The notes beneath the pieces are model-generated. The model made no database searches, was not told where the DNA came from, and saw only the letters and a program-made list of their open reading frames with translations. This document shows, piece after piece, positions 1-13,315 of a DNA stretch of 64,000 nucleotides. The position numbers and the translations under genes are program-made. The DNA comes from Callorhinchus milii. Lineage: Eukaryota. The stretch spans positions 2,730,001-2,794,000 of the forward strand of contig NW_024704743.1 of the NCBI RefSeq assembly GCF_018977255.1, given 5' to 3'. Positions within the stretch are counted from its first letter, which is position 1; every line of letters starts with the position of its first letter.

Positions 1-94
1 GCCTGTGTTAGCTGAGCGAAGGGGGCAGGCACAAGAGTGGAGTATGAGTAGGTCAGAGAGGTGAGGTTTGGGGTTGTTGGGTGTTAGGGATTTG

Positions 95-490
95 TAGATC
101 CTATAGCTTTGGGGTTAGAGCCCTGGCCTCGCAAGCGAGAGGACCTGCGTTTAATTCCCGGGCAGGTCAGAGCGAAACCTTAGGTAAGTTTCCTTACTCC
201 ACACACATGCCTCTGTTTACCAGCAGTAAGTAGGAACATGGTTGTCAGTCGTTTGGCGGATCACTTTCCTGGGGGTAATAATCCCTCCCAAAAATAAATA
301 AATAAATAAATAATTTGGTCACTCAATCCATGATTGTTTGTGGGGACGCTGCTGTGCACAATTGGCTGCCATGTTTCGCCCACAAAATATACAGTCACTA
401 CACTTTACAGTGTGTCCTGTTAAGCGCTTTTAGATGTCTCGAAGACGTGATAAGGCGCTGTATCAAATGCCAGGCTTATTGTTATTAATA
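95..490 (+). mobile_element. tRNA(Ala)-derived Deu-domain SINE (family A)
   Basis: Degenerate tRNA head, gtttccttactccacac body, Deu-like tgtttgtggggacgctgctgtgcacaattggctgcc core and (tta)n tail. Confidence 0.85.
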
Positions 491-917
491 AGTGAGGCAG
501 CTCCACCAGCAGATGAGCTGAACAGTAACAGTAAGGATTTCCTGAGGAGCCACTGCCTGTATGAACCCGCTGTGATGTGGGTCAGTGCCAACGCTGGATT
601 GATTTCTCTCATCTAACACTACAGCCGTGACTTACTATCACTGAGCGAGTGCCTGAGAAGCTGATAATTAAGACATCAACACCAAATAGCACTTTGAGAA
701 ACTAAAGCCCACAACAATAGACAGCACTGCTGACCTCCAGCCAGCCTGCTGTGGTGTGGGCCTGTATCTGTGTCCACCCACACCCCCACCCCCACCACTC
801 ACCTCCCTGTTACTGCAAGAATGATTCGAAATATCATAAAGGCTATTTCCAGTGTTCCGCTAATGTATAGAGCCAGCAATCTCTCTTACACTACCTCCCC
901 ACCACAGGCTCCAGCAT

Positions 918-1292
918 CTATAATAACAATAATAATCTTTGCATTTGATACAGCGCCTGATCACGTCTTCGAGACGTCTCAAAGCGCTTCACAGGATACA
1001 CTGTAAAGTGAATTGACTGCATATTTTATGGGCGAAACTTGGCAGCCATTTGCACACAGCAGCGTCCCCACAAACAGTCGTGGATTGAGTGACCAAATTA
1101 TTATTATTTTTTTTGAAGGAATTATTATCCCCGGATCCGCCAATCGATTAACAACCGGTTCCTATTTATTGCTAGGTAACCAGAGGGGTGTGGAGTAAAG
1201 ACATTTGCCCAATATTTCGGCCTGCTGGGAACCGAACCCAGGTTTCTCGCTTGCGAGGCGAGTGCTCTAACCCCCGAGCTACAGAACTCCAC
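918..1292 (-). mobile_element. Family A SINE
   Basis: Reverse complement of the same head, body and tail; tail-to-tail with the copy at 95-490. Confidence 0.85.
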
Positions 1293-1804
1293 TGTCTTGT
1301 TACAATAAAGCTGAGGATGGGTTGAGCAGGTGGATGAAATGCTAATAAAGTCCTTTTATTTCTAGACACTCAACTCAGAAGTCACCATCAGGAAAGAGAG
1401 GAAAGTATCTGACATTTGGAGTGGGAGTTGAAGAAACCTTTAAAGATTTTAATGGGCCAGGTTGACTTGATGCGATCGACTATAACCTTTAAAAGAGTTC
1501 ACTGCTCCTGATGAACTAAAACCGCAGCCTGGCTTAACATTTAAACAGAGGCTTAAAAGGAATACTTAGCCAGAGCCCACGAGCTGCTAATTTGTAATTC
1601 CTTCTCAACTTTTTTTTAAGAGAAAAAAAAAGCTGCATGAATGTTTTATGTAGGTTAAATGATTAGAACAAAATAACGGCGGCAGCGAACACAGTCAGAG
1701 CAGGAGTGTGAAAGGCTTGTGTTGCCATGGTAACCTTTCCCCACAGCGGTACCCAGAGGACAGGTCAGCTCATCACTCTGACGCTCACCGTTCACCTCAG
1801 ATTT

Positions 1805-2158
1805 GTGGAGTCCTGCGGCTCAGTGGTTTGACACTTGCCTCACGAGTGAGAGGACCTGGGTTCGATTCCCGGGCAAAACGAAACGTTGGGCAAGTTTCCT
1901 TACTCCACACACGTCTCTGTTTACCCTAGAATAAGTAGGAACTCGGTTATTAGTCGATTGGCGGATCGCTTTTCCGGAGATAATAATCCCCTCAAAAAAA
2001 ATAATAATTTGGTCACTTAATCCACGACTGTTTGTGGGAACACTGTTGTGTGCAATTGACTGCCATGTTTCGCCCACAAAATATACTGTCAGCTCACTCT
2101 CAAAGATGTGATAAGGCACTATATCAAATGCAACGATTATTATTATTATTATTATTAT
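1805..2158 (+). mobile_element. Family A SINE, full length
   Basis: A-box gctcagtggtt, B-box ggttcgattcc, Deu core and (tat)n tail. Confidence 0.88.
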
Positions 2159-4507
2159 CAACTAAGGCAGACTGACACTTGGATAGACATAATGTCCTCA
2201 GATATAATCAGATCCATTCCTTCAGCTGTAAATCTATTGACCTTCTCCAGTCGGATGTGGCTTCGAGCTTCACTTGAGGGTTTGACCAAAAGCTCCTGCA
2301 AACTCCAGCCACGTCTGCGATATTATTGCCCTTTTGTGTTCTCATTAAAGCCCTTTCTTGTTGCAAAAGCCGATCAATAAGCCAAATTAATCCTGATGGA
2401 TGGAAATGTAGTTTTTAAAAAAAATACTTGCGACATTTAACAACAGGGTTTGAGAAAGCTCTGTGATGGGAAATCAACAAAAACAACACAGGCTTCTCAA
2501 ACTGTGACAGGGGTCTGATGTGGGGAACCTCACACATGTCACCCCAATACACGTCACCCCGACCTGCGCAAACGAGACTCCGTGCTGATCTCTGGGTGAA
2601 GTTGACTCTTGTGTGCCGAGCCGTGGGATCTTTAACGATTCATTCAATTCCACTTCCCTGCCTTATCCCCATCATCGTTGATCCTATGTAATGGTCTCGA
2701 CACCTGAGCCAGGTGGCTTCCCGCTACCACAGGGCACGTTTGATGAATATTCCTGCCTGTCTCAAGACTTTCCTCTTCGACTGTGCTATTGTGCTGTCCT
2801 GAGTGAGGCGATAACTTGTGTGAGGGGGGCCCTGCGTACCCTGAGTGAGGGGCCCTGTGGGAGGGGCCCTCTATGAGGCACTACCCTGCATGATGGGTGT
2901 AACACAAGTGTAAGTGGGTCCAGGTGGCTCAATCCTAATCAAACGTGTTTGATCAAAGCAGTGAAGCTTTCTATCTGTGTCAATGGGAGGTTAAAATGGG
3001 TCATTAGTTTCCATTTGGAATCTGTTTACAAAACATTACAGATATCTTGTACTTATATTACAAGATACAAACGTATCTGTAAACCTGACCACTCACTCTT
3101 CACAAGGCACGAGAATGCAAAGCCGGCAAATCGCTAACTGTTTCACCTCTTATCTTTCCTGATTTGCATTTGATCCTTTGTGATTCCTCAAAGATTCAAG
3201 GGGTTTTAGCTGATAAGATTTTTATTCCATCTGAGCCATTTCTGCCACAGTAAATTAATAATAATTAAAAAGCTTCCTCCCAACTTTAACTCAATTTTAA
3301 AAGGTTAATATCTTTTAACAAAAGCTGGACTTTGATATTAACATCTAGGCTAATCCTCCAATCCTGCATTGTTGGCAGTGGTCATTCTTTGGATGAGACG
3401 TTAAACCAAAGTCTCGTCTGCTATTCAGCGAGATGTTAGAGAACCCATTGTACTGTTCAACAAGAGAAGGAAGTTTCTCCCCCAGAGAGCTGATGTGAAA
3501 TAATATCCCTTATCCAGTTGTCGAAATTTCTCAAAGCGCTTCGCAGGATTTACTGTAAAGTGCAGTGAATGTGTATTTTCTAGGCAAATGTGGCTGCCAA
3601 TTTGCCACAGCAATACCCCACAAACAGCCATGAAGCAAATGACCAATGTTATCTGAAGGATTATTGGCCAGGAAGGCCTTCTCCCTTCAAGAGGTGCTTC
3701 ACCTTAACAGTATCTGAAAGTCTCTGAACAGGTAAATGGGACCTCAGTTTAACATCTCATCCAAAGAACATTTCTGACAATCCAGCTCCACCCAATCATC
3801 GACTCTCCTAACCCACTGACCATCACCTCCGCTCGACTGGTTCCGGCCTCCTGCTTGGCCCTTGTGCCCTCCGTTCCACCATCAGTGGCTGCGCTTTCAG
3901 CCGCTACGCCCCAAAACTCTGGAACACTCTCCCTCTATCCCTCCATCTTGCCTCTTCTTTCCCCATCTTGAGGTCGCGCCTGGAGACCTTCCTATTTGAC
4001 CTATGATCATCTCCCCCTCCCTCCAGCTCGGTGGGTGCTCTGCCACTGTCCAGCGCTCTGAAATGCTACCCTGCGTGAGGGGTGTTATTGTTGCAGTCTG
4101 GCAGGAGCCAAATGGTAAGAATCCCTGCCCCCAGTGACCCAATTTGAGGAGCATTAAACCGAGACCACATTCTGTATCTGAATTGCTTTGCCCCTTGACA
4201 ATGTACAATTCAGTTGAGCAGGAAATAGTCCAATAAAGAACTGCAGCTGCACAGTGGAGCCTCCATCACTAACCGCAGACAGAGGGGAAATCAGCACAAT
4301 GTGCCTCTCAACACTGAATGACCTGCAGTGTCCAGGCGATGAGTCACACTAAACCAGTGCTTCACAGGATATACTGAAGTGCAGTGACTGTGTTTCTTGG
4401 CTCTGGCAGTTCTCGCACTGTGGCTCTTAATTGCAAAAGGACCAAGTGGTGTCCCAGAGGGTTGGAGGTTTTGCACCCAGGATAAATCCATCCTATTTAT
4501 AAGCGAG

Positions 4508-4716
4508 GTCCTCCTCGGACCTGAACTGGCTCCAAGGTGACGTGCCTGGCACCGGAATGTGGGAATCAAGCCAGCCTTCTGTGATCGTCTCTAGTCCGGT
4601 TCCTGAGCCAGGAGGGGCCGCAATATTCCAGGGCACTCACTGCTGATCGCAGCACAGCCCGGCCTGGCTCATCAGCAGGACCAGTCATTGGGGGCAAGGA
4701 TTATTTCCACTCAGCT
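4508..4716 (+). repeat. Unclassified dispersed repeat, copy 1
   Basis: Aligns by eye with 56504-56721 (ctgaactggctccaagg...ctctagtccggttcctgagccaggaggggccgca...ctgctgat...atcagcaggacc). Confidence 0.75.
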
Positions 4717-5944
4717 GCTGTTAAAACTTATTATATTTTAATATATTTTCCAGTCCCATCATTCTTCAATTGTGACTAAACCAAAGCATCAGCTGGTCAA
4801 ATACAAACCACAGAAGAGAAGTCGTGAATCAACAGGAAAAATGAAACAGGGATGTCAAACAGCAGCAATAATAATATTTATGATGTCTTAATAATCCTTA
4901 ATAATAATCCTTACATTTGATAAAGAGCCTTTCGAGTCGGGAGACGTGTCGAAATGCTTCACAGGATTTACTAAGAACTATGAGCAGTGTTAGAGGAATG
5001 AACTATTGGCAACAATTAGACAAGCTTCAACAACAACAACAACTTGCATTTATATCGTGCCCTTCATGCCGGACGGAGTCTCGTAGTACTTAACATTGTC
5101 TTTGGCAACAGAAATGAAGATTTACAATATGATTAAAGGAAAGTGATTCCATCCATTGATAATGGACAGGACAGACTGAGCGGCTGTAAAGGCTTGTAAC
5201 TCGAAACACTGCTGCTCCTGGTCACTCTCAGTGGCCACTGCTTTGGCTACACTTCCAGAAGGAGACAAAATGTTGTGTAAATCACCACAATGACAAGCGT
5301 ACAGGAGGCAATCCTGTCAAGGAGAGAAACGTAACTACGGACTTGATTTGCCAAAGGCTTTGGGATAGCCCTGCTTCACACATGGCGAAACCTGTTTGTC
5401 TCTAAGTCACAGAGATGGGGGTGGGGATGATGGAAGAAATGCCACTGTGAGGTACCAATTAAATGTAATTATCTCCGATAGTCATGGAGACTTTATGAGC
5501 AGGTTGGGCGAAGCTCTCGGCATGAAGATGAAGGCACAATTACCAGGGTCCACAGCTCTGTCACCATTTCCTATCTCCTTCCTGCCTTGGTTCTACAGCT
5601 GTATCTTTCCATTCAGTCCTCAATCCCAAATCTCTGTGTCTGCGTTCCGCGGTGGACTGTTTAATGAGCAACTGAGAGAAAAGCCACAACAACAACGACA
5701 ACAAATTACATTTTCACGTCAGGAGGACTTCCCAAGGCACTGAAACCAGAGTAAGCTCAATTTGTTTGTTGCATTTCGTTTTAAATTCACTTCCCTTGGG
5801 GTCAAAAGTCAATGGTAAAACTCCAGGTATGTGTCAAGGAACAGTCCCTCCATGATAACAGTCCCTCCATAACAATTTGCCACCTCTGAATGTGGAGGCA
5901 TTCAGTGGATTGTTTGGAGCACTTGCCTCACAGGCGACAGGACC

Positions 5945-6190
5945 TGAAATTAGGAGGCAGTTTGTAACCCAAAGGGTATTGGAAATCTGGAACTCTCTCC
6001 TCCAAAAGGCAGTGGGTTATGGCTGGATCCACTCACATTTTCAAGACTGAGGTGGATAGGTGTTTGTCAGGTCATGGGATCGAGGGATTCAGAGCAAGGG
6101 CGGGTAATTGGACTTGAGGTACAGATCTGATAAAATGGCGGAACAGGCTCGAGGAGCTGAATGCCTTCTCCTATTTCTGTGTTTCTATGA
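5945..6190 (+). mobile_element. CR1-type LINE 3' fragment
   Basis: tggaactctctccctccaaaaggcagtgg...ttcaagactgagg...ggctcgaggagctgaatg, homologous to 25530-26000. Confidence 0.7.
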
Positions 6191-9100
6191 CCTGCGTTTG
6201 ATTTCCAGGCAGAGCAACACTTTATTTGCCTTTTACAATTGCTGCCCTCTCACTGGGCAACCCTTTTCAACCTTTCATCAGTGAAGAGTACTAAGATCGT
6301 TTTCTACGCACACCTTATTTGATTATACATAATGCTTCAAGGATTCCCTAATCATATTTGCTATTTTATTATGAAAATGCATTACATTGCAATTCTTAAT
6401 ATTAAATGCCATTTGTCATTTATCTGTGCCGTTGCTAAGTCTCTGGAGGTCACTGTCAATTTGCATCTATTTCATCTGATAATTCTGGATATTGCTGTCA
6501 GCCCGGCCCACTCTCACTTCCATGTCAGAATATCATGAGGTGAAGCATCATGTTGGGACTTTGTGCTCACAGTCCAGGATGACATTCCAATGCAGTGCTG
6601 AGCAAAGCCTGTGAGGATTCCCGGGCGGGTCAGGGCAAAACCTTTCCTTACTCCACACACACACACACACACACAAGCCTCTGCTTACCTAGCAATAAGT
6701 AGGAAACTGCTTGTTTGTCGATTGATGGATATGATTTTCCGAGGTAATATTCCCTCCAAAATCAACAAAAACAAAAAAATTTGATCACTCAATCCCTATA
6801 TTTTAAAGTGGATTTTGACTGAGTAGTTTGTAGACAAAACAAAGTGGTTCCAAACTATCACAGCAGATGATTTGTAACAATGAATAGTTTTAATTTAAAC
6901 AAATGGTTTCACCATTAAATCGCTTCATGTCTTAGCACCTCCTCACCTCCCTGATCCCCACCTTCTCACCTCCCTGATCCTCACCTCCCTGATCTCCTCC
7001 CATCCCGCTCTCTCTGTTCGTCCCCTCCACTTGGCTTATGTGGGTCCCCCACCCTCCCCAAGCCTTCACACTCACACCTCTAACCTCCCTCTACCATCAC
7101 TGAGCTTAATGGTATCTGAACCGGACTGAGAGTTCCACATATACATGTCACCTACGCGTGGCAATGTCCCTGTGTCTGGAATGGAATTCACTCTCTCCCT
7201 GGAGGTAGGGACGCTGCTTACCTAATTCTGTAGAGTATTAGGCTGAATGTGCATTGAGAAAAACTGCTGGAGTTCAACCAACTAAAATCGCTTAGCTTGG
7301 CATTGAGAGCCCTGACCTACAAGCTTTCCCACTGTTTGTCTAGCCAGGGCAAATTTACCCATTACTGCGTTGGCTTGCAGTGTTAACATAATAATAATCA
7401 TTGCATTTGATATAACACCTTTTAACATAATCCTTGCATTTTATCACACCTCAAAGCGCTTCACAGAATATGCTGTAAAGTGAATCGACTGTATATATTT
7501 GTGGATGAAACGCAGCAGCCAATTGCACACAGCAACGTCCCACAAACAGTCGTGGATTGAATGACCAAATTTTTATTTTCATTCTTGGATCCACTTCCTA
7601 GTGACATGTCTGTCCCTCCAACTCCTGCTGACGAGCCTGGCTGGCTGGTCAATCAGCAGCAATGGCCTGGAGCTAACCAATATAAGGTGTCTGAAGTCCT
7701 AATGCAAGTGAATTAATTTCATGACTAATTGTAAATAGACATTTATATCTTGGGTTAGCAGCACCGTGGGCGAGAATTGGAAATCTCACAAACAGAAGTT
7801 AAAATAACCAACAAAATCCAGGTTTATTTAATAAGCGTAAAATATACTGTTAGTCAAACAAACAAAGCTTAAATTGCTGTGGTAGCAAATTTGCGGCATT
7901 GAACTATTTATTGCAAAATATGTATCAAAGATGACAAGACATAATAATCTCTTTCCCTCACGATGAACGCTGTCGTGTTTGAAACTCATTTTGAGCAAAT
8001 GTTTTATTATCCTGAAAGGCAAGATTGAGATCGTGGGGTTTACTAGCAGTGCCGTTCAAGGTGTCACGCAGCTTTTGGGTGTGTTTTGGGATTGTTAAAT
8101 GCTTCACTTCATGGCTGTTTGTTTGTGGGACTCATTTGGCTGCCTTTGAATAAACAGTGTGGAGTGTAAACAACAATAACAGCTGACATTTACACAGCGC
8201 CAGTCATGTCGAGAGGACGTCCCAAAGCGCTGGACAGTCAGGACCTGCACCCGAGCTGGGGGTTGGCATCAGGAGTGGGTTAGGGCGGGGAGGGTGGGGG
8301 TAGGAGGGTGACTGGGTATTTGTATAGCAGCCTTCAGGCCGGGGGGCGTCTTGGAGCGCTTCCAACACAAAGGGATTATTATTGTTGCTGTATGTGAACT
8401 GGAGGTCAGGGAGCCTGGCTCTGCCCAAGGTTCTGCTGTCGCTTGTGGACACAGGTGCTCGAGCCTGGCTGGACACCTCCTTCCAGTGTGGTCACAGCAG
8501 GACTCTGGCCTGAAGGACTCGGAGCCAGACTCATTTCCATTTCAAACCCAATTTAGATGAAATGTTCTTGGTTAAAAAGAAGCCGGTGCATCAATAGCCC
8601 CTTGATTAGATTTCATCTCCAGAGTAGACGATTCAGTCAAATATGAATATTTATTACCATGAAAGCTGATCTCCCGCCTTTCATCATGTGGAATATTTTC
8701 CGCTGCTAATTTTATGAAAATGTAAGCAAAATAATGTTTGCACATAAACTGACAGTGCTTCAGATAATCCTATTATTGTCATGTTGAAATTATACCTTCT
8801 GTTCATTCATGTGATAACAAGGGCTCAAATATTGTTTTCAATCACTGTAATCTAAACATCTATTGGAAATTAAAATTGAACATGTATCAAACAAGAACTT
8901 TCATGGCTGGAATATGTTTGCATCTATTTCGTGGCCAATAGGTTCCCTTTTATATTAACAGGGACTAAAAGGTGGATTACCCACCCACTACAGTAAGAGT
9001 CTGTCTCTCAGTGAAGGTCTCCTTTTGCTTATCAAAGAAACTCCTCAGCCCATGTCCTCCCCCTCCAGCTTCCTGCGAGCTCTCCTTCCCTCTTGCCCCA

Positions 9101-10437
9101 CTCTATCCTAGCGCAGCTCCACCGGGTCCCCAGCCCCTAGATGATCAAATACAAAATCCTCGCCTCGCTTCCAAAGCCCTGCGTGACCAACCCACACCTC
9201 CGAGCTGCCTGGTTGGTGGACAGTAATCGCTTCAAGACTCTGCCCTGCATGAAGGACGCTGGACAACAACAACAATATTGTATTTGTATAGCGCCTTTCA
9301 CATTAGGAGGACGTACCAAGGTGCTGTATAAATGCAAGTTGTTGTAAATATCCCATGGTGCTGTTCAAAAAGGAAGGGAGTTTCTTCCAGTGTCCTGGCC
9401 AACAATCCTACATATATACATGGTCATTCACTCAAGCCTGCTTGTGGAGCCTTGTTCACCCACAAAATACACAGTCACTCCACTTTCCAGTGGCTCCTCG
9501 AGGACGATATAATAAGGCTCTATGTCACTTGCGAGGATTAATGTAACAGTTGTATTGCTGGAACGTGAAACATTTGCTCGTTTCTGCTGTAGGTAATTAG
9601 TGACATTCCACAGAAGGTTTAGCCCAGGGGCTGCCGTTTAATCCCCGACTTCTGGTAAATCAACTTTTACACTGAGCGAGAATCGTGTTGCACATAGAGA
9701 CCTAGAGAAAGGCCTTTGATACACTCACAATGATCAGACTTCACTGATGGCCGATCAATATCTGGTAATAATCTCCAGTAATTCTCTGACTCACATTCAA
9801 ATCCCTTTCGCCTTCAACCCAAAGCCTTGCCGACATTTGTGATTTAAATAGGTCGGCAAATCGTATTCACAACCAAGTCCCCACAAGTGTGAGTCTTGGA
9901 CATTATGGCTTTGGTCTGTTAGCAGGACTTGACTTCAACCGGATCAGCAGAATTCCCCTTGTGCAATTCGGCTTTTTATTCCCAAGATCTCCTCCACCTC
10001 TCTCTCTGTCTTCCTCCCTTCTTGAACCCACCATTTACTATTTTATTTCTCTTTTGTTTCTTTATAATAATATATATATATTTTTAAAAATAATAATTTG
10101 GTCACTCAATCCACGACTGTTTGTGGGACACTATTGTGCGCAATTGGCTGCTGGTTTCACCCACACAACACACAGTATATTCTGTTTATCATTATTATTA
10201 TTTAACCACAGCTGATGAAGAAACCAGTTGTGTTCCCCGGGTTGGAGCAGGAGGAGGATCTTACACCCTGACGTACTTATCCTGGACTCAAGGCCCCGTG
10301 TACACTGCCTCTTATCTACCCCGTTGATCACAGAGTAAAATGATCCCCATTTGTAGCTGACAACCCCACCTCACTGACACTGAAATATAGAAGCCGCTCA
10401 ATGACAGGAAACAAGCCAGAGGTGTGTTGTCACTTAC

Positions 10438-10502
10438 CTCCCCCATGCCGGCTTGTAAGATTTTTAATCCAGTTTTCTTTTCAAGTGTTTCTTTGTTGGT
10501 CA
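10438..10502 (-). CDS. PTPRN2: PTPRN2-like exon (~exon 12), end of ectodomain; gene continues beyond position 1
   Basis: Acceptor tttgttttgcag| and donor |gtaagt. 65 nt, phase 1 to phase 0. Encodes (V)TNKETLEKKTGLKILQAGMGE, comparable to phogrin [22 protein letters not shown]. Confidence 0.93.
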
Positions 10503-12962
10503 CTGCAAAACAAAGATCAGACAAGTTTAACACACAGTGTCACCTACCCCTCTGTCCTCCCAACATACGAACTGGAGAAAGGCATCCAGATCCTCAAGCC
10601 ACCATTCTATTCTAGTTCATGGCTGATCTGTATCTTAACTCCATTTATCCACCATTGCTCTATACCACTCGATATTCTGACCTAACAAACATCTATCCAC
10701 CTCAGTCTTGAAATTTGAATTGATCCAGCATCAAGCTGCTTTTCAAATGAGTCCAGTTTCCTGGCTTCAACCATCCTTCCTGATAACCTGTTCCCGTCAT
10801 TAATTACCCCTCGTGGATAAACATCCTGGTGTCTGTCCTGAAATTGCCCTTTGCAACCGTAAACCTGTACCCTCTTGTTCCACTGTTGGTGGTGCATATT
10901 CTCAATGATTTGATGGGGACTACTATATATCAAATTCAAGGATTATTATAAACCAGATTAATGCAACATAGTAAAAATCCTAATAACCCTAATAATAATC
11001 ATCCTTGCTTTTGATATAGCGCCTTATCATGTCTTTGAGATGTCTCAAAACGCTTTACAGGATATACTGTAAAGTGTAGTGACTTTGTATTTGGTGGGTG
11101 AAACGCAGCAACCAATTGCCCACAAGACTACATATAAGATCTAAGAATAGGAGACACAAATAGATGGGTTAGAAGTTGACGAGAGAGAATCTGAACAAGA
11201 TGTAGGGGTGTAAATTTGGCTCACTCTGTCCAAACAGTGTGAGGCAGCAATAAATAAGGCAAACAGAATACTGGAATAAAAACAGAGATCGCTGGGAACA
11301 CGCAGCAGGTCAGGCAGCATCTATAGAGAGAGGTGAGTTACACTGGGCCATGTCGCTAAATCAGTTGAGTGTAGATCTCCCGGCAGCAGACTCAGGCTGC
11401 ACATCGCTCTGGTCAGACCGCACCTTGAACACAGCATTGTGCTCCGCTACTGTCAAACTTTCTGGAACCCTGCGTGAGGGGACTGTGTAATGCAGGTTGT
11501 TGTTGTTGTTGTTGTTACTGAATACTGGTCACCTCAACATCAGAGGCTGCCCAGGCCCTAGAGACAGAGGAGAGCACAGGGGATGATCTTGAATGTTAGA
11601 GGAATGAACAGAGATCTGACAATCTTGGGCTCTTTGGTCTTGAGCGATGACACAGAGGTGACCTCATAGAAGTGTCTCAAATTTGAAATGGGATTGAAAG
11701 ATAAACTCAGATCAAAGGGGTATTGAGAAGCCCCTAATGTCAGGGAGACCAGATCTGTACATTGTTCTCTCGCACAGTACAGTACAGACTTGTGGGGATT
11801 TGTAATTCAATGATATAATATAGCTTAGCATCCTGTTTTGCCTTGTTTATTGCTGCCTTGTTCATACTGTTTTGACACAGTGAGCAACGAGCCAAATAAC
11901 AGCCCGAGGCCACCCTCAGCGACTCTCTTCTCTCCGAGCCAGTCATCGCTGCAAATAATCCTGGCCGCTTGCTGAACATTTGGCCATTGAACCTTTTCTA
12001 TTGAAAATTCAGTTCCTGATCGCTTCCAGCCTCGGTAAAGCCTGGGCTGGTAAACAACAGTGTGGGTCTTGATCAATTGGAGAGAGAGAGGAGCGGGATG
12101 GGGGAGGAGGAAGAGAGAAAGAGAGAAAATAGAAAGATCACATTACTAGCTTTAAACAGAATGATTGTGCTTGGGCCTTTCTGTTTTGGTGGCATCAATA
12201 ATTCAGGGTACAACAAGGAAATCTTTTAAAAAATGAAATTCCCAGATGAAGGATATGCAAATGGCTGTTTGCAAGAGCTGAACCCTATAATGTTCTCAGA
12301 AATCTGCAGAAAGGCCTATTTAATTAGTATTTTAATTTATCAGAATTATTCTTTGCACTTGACAATTTATGCAGTATTCTATGTAATTAAGCAAGCAGCT
12401 TCAGAAGAATAATCTCGCCAGCTTTCTTAATAGCAGTTATTGTACGCGGAGAGGAACTGCGTGTGTCTCAACTACGATCGAGATTGCAATGAGAGGAAAT
12501 TAACTGTTCTGCTCTATTGATGTGCATGTTGGGAGTTTCACAGATTGGGCAGCTCTCCTGTAGCAACCATTTGTAATTAGCCAAAGACGAGATGTGTCTT
12601 CAGCCCTGTGTATACATTAGCCGCTCGTCAATATTAATCCATTCCATATCCCACCCCCCACCCGCAACCCCCCACCCCATTTCTCTCTGACACTCTCGAA
12701 TCTAAATGTTGCGTCTTGTCACATTAATGACAGGGTGGCAAACGCCAGTGTCAAAAACAATTTTTAGATCGTTCTTCAAATCTCTTTAATTAGATATTGT
12801 TTCCTTCTCTCGCTTGGGCCCATTTAATATTTTAATATTGCCGTTTAGATTTAACAATCTGCTTTTATCCCAAACACTGCAAAGTGACCCAATCAGGAAC
12901 AGCACCACAGTCTGCACAGAGACGCACAAGAACTGAGTAAAAGTCAGTAACATTAAATAATA

Positions 12963-13315
12963 CCAATAATAATAATCTTTGCATTTGATACAATGCCTTA
13001 TCACTTCTTTGAAACGTCTCAAAGCGCTTCACAGGACACATTGTATATTGTACGACTGTATATTTTGTGGGTGAAACGTGGCAGCCAATGGGACACAGTA
13101 GTGTCCCACAAACAGTCGTGGACTGAGACACCAATTTTTTTTAAGAGATTATTATTCCTGGAAAAGTGACCCGACAATCGACTAACAAGCGGATTCTACT
13201 TACTGCTGATAAACAGAGGAGTGTGTGTGTGGAGTAAGGAAACTTGTCGGGAATCAAACCCAGGTCCTCTCGCTTGTGAGGCGATTGCTTTAACCAATAC
13301 ACTACAGGACTCCAC
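12963..13315 (-). mobile_element. Family A SINE
   Basis: Full head-to-tail similarity on the minus strand. Confidence 0.85.
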
